Shown here one piece after another: positions 54,174 through 64,000 of a stretch of 64,000 bases of DNA. Numbering within the stretch: position 1 is the stretch's first letter; every line of letters starts with the position of its first letter. The translations under genes and the position numbers were made by a program. The notes beneath the pieces are model-generated. The model had not been told where the DNA came from. It did no database searches and worked only from the letters and a program-made list of their open reading frames with translations. This DNA is from the human T2T-CHM13v2.0 reference genome, Homo sapiens. The stretch lies in assembly GCF_009914755.1 (NCBI RefSeq), contig NC_060926.1; one strand, written 5' to 3'.

Positions 54174-56398
54174 CTAGGATTTCAAGTCAAAAACAATTAA
54201 GATGAAAGACCAATTGAATAGCTGAAGAGATGTTTTTTATTTTGGTGATAATTTTTGCAATAATATGGAATTAGGACAAACCCTACAATTATTAATGATC
54301 TTCTCTGCTAAGACTATATATAGTTCAATGACACTTTTATTATCAGAAGACAGAAATTCCATGGTAATAAATCAGAGAAAACCTTAATGTGAATTTTCAC
54401 ATTAAATTTTATAAATGCCAATATACTGAATAAAAATAAAACAATAAAGCTATTATTTGTTTTTAATATGGACTTATTCCTCTATACTAGTAGTAAGCAG
54501 CCAGGAAAACAGATGACTGTACCACTTTTTTTGTAGGTTGGATAAAACCTTTTAAATCTATCTTTTCCTAGCAACCCCCTATTTCTTTCTCACTTTTTAG
54601 AAAAATTAAAAAGTTCCTAACAGTTATTTTTCCAACTGTTGAAAAAAACTCGTTATTATAAAACTGTTCAAACATATACACAAGTAGACTACTATAATGT
54701 GCCCTTATGCCCCTACCATCCAGTTTCAAAAATTACCAATATGTTGCCATTCTTGTTTCATCTATTCCCTAGTACCCTTGCATCCCACCCTTCCCAACCA
54801 GAGTATTATTAAAACAAATACATTATTTCTCCCAGTAAACACATCAGTATTTAAATAAAAATAACCACATACCATTATCACACCTAACTACATCAGTAAT
54901 AATTCCTTCATCTCATCTAATACCTAACCTGTCTTCAATTTTCCCTGGTTGTCTCAAAAAGAATTTATACTTGATTTGTTCAAATCACCAGCCTATTTCT
55001 TAAATTAAAAACACAGAATGATCAGTATTTTAACAGCTTTACATGACTTATGTTTTTTTAAAAAGCAATGAATACCATTAAAGAGACATTTAATAATTTT
55101 GGTTCCATTGTGATTTACACACAAAGGTGCCCCTTTCACTTAAAAGCTTACGTATTTATTAGAAAGAAGGTCCCCATTTCCTCCCATCAATTTAACCTAA
55201 AAATAAGCAGGAAGGGATAAGCAGTAAAGTGACTACTTTGGTACAAAACTATAAAAGTATGAGATCAGATATAATATAGCACACAGTTGTTAAGAATATT
55301 CTGTTTGCAATCAGATTAGCTTATTAGCTGAGTGACTCTGTGCTAATACCCTCTCTGAGCCCCAAAAGTTAGGGTTATTGAGAGGATTAAATGGGGGTAA
55401 AACATATGAGGTGTTTAGAATAATACATGGTACGGCCAAGAAACATTAGCTAATTACATATTATTATTAAGGGTTAAGTGTAAAGAAACTGAGAAGAATA
55501 AAAATAAAGTAAGTTTATATAAGGGACAAGGCGGAACAAATCTATAAAGAATTCAAGGCAATCATAGTAAAGGATAATTGAAGAAAAAACTAAGCAAGCA
55601 ATAAAAAGTTATTATCAGAGTATACTGATTATAATAAATTATATGTAACACATCTTCCTCCCAAAATTTCAGGTGAGTAGAAGTATACCTTTCCATAAGG
55701 TTAATATGGCAATCACTCAGCAACTGACTCAACATCTCCCATCCTGGTATAAAATACAACTCTTTACTTCTTGACTTACAATCTGCTTTTTGTCTAGTTG
55801 TTTCCCAACAGAACTGGCAATCATGAAAGGGCTTTAAAGGGCTTAGAGAATGATGTCACTAGTATTTAGGTCAGTATAGAAAGTTCAAGTCACTGGGCCC
55901 CAATCTGCACTTTCTAATCTCTATGTAAGCCTCTTCTACAAAAGTCCTACCTATGAGGGTAAAATAGTTATTTAAAATACAACCAGGCAGTAGCAGAGGG
56001 TTGTTATGAAGGCTCATGGTAAGTTCATAAGCTCAACAACTTTTAGGCCACGCTAATGCTAACTGCACTTTTAGTGACTTTTAGATCCCAGCTGAACTAT
56101 CATGATAATCTTTTCTACCTTATGGTAAGCCTACTTCACCCATTAAGTGCTTAAGGATAAACTATTATTAGAATCAGAGAAACAGGAATTGGAAGAGAGC
56201 CCAAAGATCACTTTTGATGAATGAGGAAGGTGAGGACCCTGACGTGTAATGCTTATCTAAGTTAACAAAAAATAGTGCATGGTTGAACTGATACCAGAAC
56301 TGAAGTTCTCTTAACTCAAATCCCATAATTTTTCCAAGTCAGAAGCAGAAACGAGAAGGGTGTAGTCTTTGTCCCATGCAACAGTCAGGATTTCTTTT

Positions 56399-56434
<36 letters not shown>

Positions 56435-58440
56435 AGAGAAAATGTCTCCCTCTGTCCCCCAGGGTGGAGTGCAGTAGCACCATCTTGGCTCACTGCAACC
56501 TCCCACCACCAAGGTTCAAGCGATTATCATGCCTCAGCCTCCGAGTAGCTGGAACTACAGGCATGTGCCATCATGCCTAGCTAATTTTTTTCTTGTATTT
56601 TTAGTAGAAACGGGTTCGCCATGTTGCCCAGACTGGTCTTGAACTCCTGAGTTCAGGCAATCTGCCTGCCTTGGCCCCACCAAGTGCTAGGATTACAGGT
56701 GTGAGCCATGGCCAACAAGCAGGATTTCTAATAATCTTATCAGCTTATCTCAGCACCTATGTTCTATATGATTTACATGTGATAACTCAGTTAATCACTG
56801 CAACAACCCTATAATGTAGGTATTGTTATTATTCTCAGAAGGAGCCAATGAGTCAGACAGGGATTTAAATAAGAAGCCCAAATTAATAAAATTAGTAAAT
56901 AGCAGTCAGGATTTAAACCTAGCTGTCTGGCTTCAGAACCAAAGCTTTTAACCAACTATGCCAGTACGTAATGAAGCACAAAGGAGCTTATAAAAAGGCA
57001 CACCAAATCTATCAGAGAAGATGCAGAGGGTCAGGGAAGCTGTTTAGAGGAACTAAAGATGAGCATATAACCCTTCACTAGGACTTCATCCCAAGAGCAA
57101 ATGGGAAGCTACTGGGGCTTTCAAGTAGGACAGATGATCAGGCTGCCTTTTATAAAAAGTTCACTCTAGTTGCAGTGTACAAAATGACTTGAGAAAAGCA
57201 ATGCCCAAAAGAAGACAATCAGCTATGAGGTTCCGGAAGAAGCCTTGAGCTAAGAGACAGAAGGGAAGGGTCATGGCTGAATTTAGGAGAACTTAATGAC
57301 ATTAATAATAGCAGGAACTAGGGGCTTATAATATGTGAGGGGAGGGGAACAAAGGGAAAGGAAGAGCATACGATGGTTTTTGTGTTTTTTCACTTGAGGG
57401 ACCAGGCAGATGAATGGCAATGTTATATACTGAGGTCAGGGAAGTCAGAAGCAGTGTTAAAAGACATTTTAGAGGAGAGGAAGATAACTTCTATTTCAAA
57501 TGTGAGTTTCCAGTACCTATGAAGCACCCACATGAGGTAAGTCATGTATACAAACATACTTTGAGGTATTGAACTCAGGAAGAAAGTGTGAGCTAGATAT
57601 TACCTGGGGGTGACACCAAATAGATAACCCAGTGAATGAGAGAGGATAAAAACCTTCTTAAGGGAGAATACAGAATGATAAAAGGGACCTTAGGAATCCA
57701 ATATTTAAAGGTTAGGCTAAAAGATACAACATAAAGTACAAAAAAAAAAAAAAAAAGAAAGGCATAAAATAGTGAACATGGGGAGTAAAAATGCTACATT
57801 TATACATATGCATTTGAGAAACGGACTTGACATAGGTAGAAATTTGGATAAATTCAGGACATGTTAATACTTCAGACATTTTTTAATTAAGGGGTACAAT
57901 CTTTCTATAAGTGTACTGTATTAAATGGCTACCTGCCTATCTTGATTTAAATAGCTGTTACTCTTTGTATTGGACTGGTTAATGGTGACTAGGTATCAAA
58001 TATCACAGGGACTGTGCAGGTGGCAAGGACAGTCTTTGGATTCTGGAAATAAGACAACAGAAGCCACAACAAACCCTTTTTTATAATGAGGACATATAAT
58101 CAATAAACAAAAGACAAGTACTTCTTTTTTTTGTTTTTGAGACAGGGTCTTGCTCTGTCACCCATACTAGAGTGCAGTGGTGCAATCATAGCTTATTGCA
58201 ACCATGAATTCCTGGACTCTGCAATACTCCCACCTCAGCCTCCTGAGTAGCTGGGGCTACATGTGTGCGCCACCACACCTGGCTGACTTTTTTTTAAGTA
58301 GAGACAAGGTCTCACTATGTTGCCCAGGTTGGTCTCAAACTCCTGGCCTCAGGCACCCTCCCATCTCCCAAAGCCCTGGGGTTACATGTGTGAGCCACCA
58401 TGCCCAGACAACGTAAGTACTTCTTAACCACATACTCCTA

Positions 58441-58599
<159 letters not shown>

Positions 58600-59129
58600 T
58601 TAAAACACACACATAAAAATTCCTTCTACACTGAAGTTCTACTCTCTTATTCTATTCCTAGCTATTTATTTCTCAGTTACTCCACTGCTAATTTCAAATT
58701 TCATTCAATATTTCTTTTCATTCTCTACCAGTCTATCTGCATGACTACCACCCATCTTAAGGCTTTGGCGCTCACAAAACTTTTATAGCTCAATATTCAG
58801 GAGCAATGACCAATTATAGCACTCTCACAAAGACCTAATAATTACTGCATTGCCAAGAGCTTCATAAAATCCTTTATGTACTCAGCAAGAATCACTTCTC
58901 TGGAAAAAACAGACTTTTATATTGGGAGTTATAATCAAGCTTTTACATTATTGACATATGATTAAACATAATTATAAACTGGCCTTCATCATTAAATTTT
59001 ACTGTCTTCGGACTTTTGTAAAATAAATTAACCACCAATTTTAAAAAGATTTTTTAAAATTAAAAAAAAAATCACTCATAGGTAATACTACTACTATTAC
59101 TACTTAAAATTTACCGTACTTGCCATATA

Positions 59130-59366
59130 TAGGCTGAGTATCCCTTATTGAAATACCTGGAACCAGAAGTGTTTCCGATTTGGGAGTTGTTTTTTTTTTT
59201 AGAATATTGCCGACTGAGCATCCCTAATCTGAAAATCCAAAATCTGAAATGCTCCAATGAGCATTTCCTTTGTGCAAGACCTTTGAATGTCATGTCAGTG
59301 CTCAAAAATTTTCAGATTTTAGAGAAGTTTACATTTCAGATTTCCAACATTAGGATGTTCAACTTG
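59130..59366. mobile_element. Tigger4/MER46-type MITE
   Basis: Ends TAGGCTGAGTATCCCTTAT ... ATTAGGATGTTCAACTTG; internal AAATCCAAAATCTGAAATGCTCCAA; 237 bp. Confidence 0.7.
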
Positions 59367-59504
59367 TGCGTTTTATGCTCTTACCTGTATTAACTCATTT
59401 AGTTTTCAACCCACCCTATCAGGTAGGTCCTATAACTATGTCTGTTTTATAAATGAAGGTACTGATGCACAGAAAAGTTAAGTAACTTGCTTAACAGCTA
59501 ATAA

Positions 59505-59726
<222 letters not shown>

Positions 59727-60099
59727 TAAGACTATAGGCATGTGCCACCACGCCCAGCTAATTTTTGTATTTTTAATAAAGACGGGGTTTCACCATATTG
59801 GCCAGGCTGGTCTCAAACTCCTGGCCTTGTGATCCGCCTGCCTCGGCCTCCCAAAGTACTGCGATTTCAGGTGTGAGCCACAACGCCTGGCCAAAATACA
59901 TTGTATTTTATTATTTTTTTCAAGATCAATTGACTCTAGATTTAGTAATTTAAGCTTTTTCTTGAGAAACTTGTAGATATAAGAAATTTCTGCTTAGTTT
60001 CAAGCCACACTGTAAAGCTGTAACAGTTGATTTTATTTTCATCAATGTAAGTCAGATCCACAAAATTTGAAATGTAATTTTCGGAACAGTTAGTCTTAA

Positions 60100-60549
<450 letters not shown>

Positions 60550-61249
60550 TAGCTGCGACTACAGGTGCATGCCACCATTCCCTGCTAAGTTTTGTATTTT
60601 TTGTAGAGACAGGGTTTTTCCACCTTGCTGAGGCTCGTTTTTGACTCCTGGGCTCAATCAATTTGCTTGCACTGGCCTCCCAAAGTGCAAGGATTACAGG
60701 CATAAGCCAGCACACCTGGCTTTCATTAGAATTTTAATCTGACATAATTTAGGTTATTCCATAACTATTTCTTTCTCTTCACACAATGGAATGATCTGTG
60801 TATTTATGAATTATACATACATAGACATCACAAGAAGACCTTTCTAAGCAAGATTTTCATATTTCACACAGAAATTGGCCACTTCCTATTCTGATACTTA
60901 TATTAACTCATGAAGCTTTAAACTACATGACCAGTCAAAGATGAAGTGTAAACAGAAACCTTTCCTCTCTTGTACATCAACTAAATCCAAGTAGTACCTT
61001 GCTTAATTTCTACTTCTATGTCTTGCTCAATTTCTATCTTTTTCATGAAGCTCCCACAAGCCCACAGATATTTTCTTTTCTTTCAATTGCTTCAACATAT
61101 ACTATCTATGGCACTCATTCTGACAACTGATTAAGAACACAGACTGTAAGCTGTACTTTTCCATTTCTCTCCCAATTCTTGCATAATGTGGGATACATGG
61201 CTTACTGAAATACTTTTGGTTGAAATAATTTCTCCTTCACTACTATAAC

Positions 61250-61890
61250 ATTAACTTTGGTATTCAAATATTTATTAAGTGCCTGCCATATGTCAGGCAC
61301 TGGTCTAGGCTTTACGGATACAGCAAGAACAAAACCAAGTCCTTGCACTCATGAAGCTTACATTCTAGAGGGAGGAGACAAATAATAACTAAAAAATAAA
61401 TTTATAATTCCAGATAGTGATCAACATCCAGAAAATATAAAGCAAGGTAACGATATTAAAAGAGGAAATGAAGAAGCAGAGACTTTTTTTTTTTTTAAAG
61501 AAATGGGGGTCTCACTATGTTGACAAGGCTGGTTTTGAACTCCTGGCCAAAGCAATCCTCCTACCTGAGCCTCTTGAGTAGCTGGAACTATAGGTGAGCA
61601 CCACTGGGCCTGGCTAGGGACTACTATTTTAAATAGGATGATCTAAGAATGGCCTTTCTAAAGAACATTTGGAGTGAGATAAGTAATTAAGCCAATTAGG
61701 TGTTTAGAGGAGGAACATCCAGGCAGAGGAAATGGTAAGCACAAAAGCCCACTGAGAAGGGAATGCTCTTGACATGTTTAAGAGAAGTGAGGACAGTGAG
61801 GTGGCCAGGGACCAAATCATAAAAGGCCTTCCAAGCCATGGGAAGGACTCTGGATCTTTTCTAAGTACGATGAGACAACCCAAGAAGGAA
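61250..61890. mobile_element. L2 relic (similar relics near 1350-1600, 2030-2170, 21360-21670, 57000-57720)
   Basis: ATTCAAATATTTATTAAGTGCCTGCCATATGTCAGGCACT...GCTTACATTCTAG resembles the L2 3' end; subfamily not resolvable by eye. Confidence 0.55.
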
Positions 61891-61965
61891 ATATTGTGTT
61901 TATGCTCTATGGGGGGCGGGGGTAGTTTTAATAATATGAAACTGTGAAATGCAAATAATGACTTA

Positions 61966-62100
<135 letters not shown>

Positions 62101-62528
62101 TTATTTGCGATATAAAAAAGATATTTTTACCCATGCATCAATGTTTTACAGTGATGGGAAGAATAGTATATTATAAAGTACCACCGAGTTAAAAGACCAA
62201 AGTGCTCTTTTCAATGCCGAAAAGATGGAAAGAGATAAGGCAAAAACCTATTTGAAGAAACCATCCTCCACATGAAAATCTATACCTAATGAGATGCTGG
62301 GTTTTATTCTGTACTACAAGAAATCTATTTTTATAATGTATATACTGAAAGGTAGTTGAAAACTGACATAACATAAAATGAGCCATTTCTAGTCCATGCA
62401 AATTTTAATTTAAGAAGGAATAATTTACTAGTAGAAAACAAATAAAATGAAAATATTTTATAATAGTTAAAAGAGGAAGAAAGAAAAAAGCAGAATGATT
62501 CTTCCTACGCCTTACAGCATTTGGAGTA

Positions 62529-62532
<4 letters not shown>

Positions 62533-62572
<40 letters not shown>

Positions 62573-62791
62573 GACCACTCACTTGCAATCCTGAAGATAC
62601 ATTACAACAAAAAATTTATAGATTGCTGTAGTAGACTCTAAGGTATCAGAGCAGATGTAAATAAATCTTAAAGAAATTTAATAATCAATATAAATATTTT
62701 GATAAATACATTTTTGTCTTAAAATATACAACTTTTAGACTAGCCACCAAAACAAGTACACATATCACTCATGTCATTCATGTCATTCATT

Positions 62792-62824
<33 letters not shown>
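62533..62824. repeat. Two (CA)n microsatellites (62533-62567 and 62795-62824)
   Basis: Read directly; (TA)n tracts also occur at 16966-16988 and 33621-33646. Confidence 0.9.
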
Positions 62825-62826
<2 letters not shown>

Positions 62827-63005
62827 CTTTTTTGTCAATACAAATTTGAATACTACTTAAAAAATGGATAAGACTAGGGCTGGGTGCAGTGGCTCACACC
62901 TGTAATCCCAGCACTTTGGACTTTGGGAGGCTGTGGCGGGCGGATCACCTGAGGTCGGGAGTTCGAGACCAGCCTGACCAACATGGAGAAACCCCGTCTC
63001 TACTA

Positions 63006-63227
<222 letters not shown>

Positions 63228-63244
63228 TCAGTGAAAGTTTCTAG

Positions 63245-63361
<117 letters not shown>

Positions 63362-64000
63362 TAGGACTACAGGCATGCGCCACCACACCTGGCTATTTTT
63401 TTGTAGAGATGGGGTCTCACTGTGTTGCCCAGGCTAGTCCTGAACTCCCGAGCTCAACGGATCCTCCTGCTTCAGCCTCTCAAAGTGTTGGGATTATAGG
63501 TGTGAGCCACCATGCCCGGCTTAGAATATTTTTAGTACGTAATTTTGAAGTAAAGAAATACAGATCACCTTGGCCTAATGTGTACCCACTAGAATTATAA
63601 ATCTAGACCACGTGGAACAGAAGTTTTTTCTGAATAATGCATTTAAATATTTCATCAGCTCCTTTGCTTCTTTTTAGTAATTTATCTTTTGATATAAAAA
63701 ATTATTTACCTCAAAATATAACTCTGAAATTTACTTTGAAAATATAAATATTATCATTTCATTCAAAGACAGAAAACAGAGGTATAAAGCTTATCACACC
63801 GGTACCTAAGACAGAAATTCAGAGGAATGTTTTAAGCATTATGAGAAAAAACAAATTATATCTCTAAAGATTATGTTGTTTGTACTTCACATTACTCCTA
63901 AGGTTATTATTTTAAAATGAAATTCAACCACGACTTGTTGCAGAGATATTTAATGCAGATTTGATATTACATGGCAAATAGAAAATTTCAAAATAAATTC

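Overview
Primate (very likely human, 2q31.1) genomic DNA containing the 3' ends of two convergent spliced genes. On the + strand are the last five coding exons and 3' UTR of GORASP2 (GRASP55, Golgi reassembly-stacking protein 2; 1781-~14250). On the - strand are the last nine coding exons (end of coiled coil, whole kinase domain, C-tail) and a ~3 kb 3' UTR of TLK1 (tousled-like kinase 1; ~37950-62064). The ~24 kb gap between them holds an orphan CpG island with a near-consensus CTCF motif, a complete two-LTR, internally deleted HERV-H/LTR7 provirus (24568-30492, 5-bp target-site duplication (TSD) GTTTC, His-tRNA primer-binding site (PBS)), a MaLR solo LTR and a MER1 element. One TLK1 intron contains a near full-length Tigger2 transposon interrupted by seven Alus. 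About 40 Alus plus L1/L2/MIR relics and microsatellites fill the rest and explain most ORF-track entries. No convincing new protein-coding gene or new biological system was found. The best leads are regulatory: an LTR7up-type HERV-H beside a CTCF-bearing CpG island, and two cryptic splice sites. Gene and repeat names come from recognition of the sequence, not from database searches.
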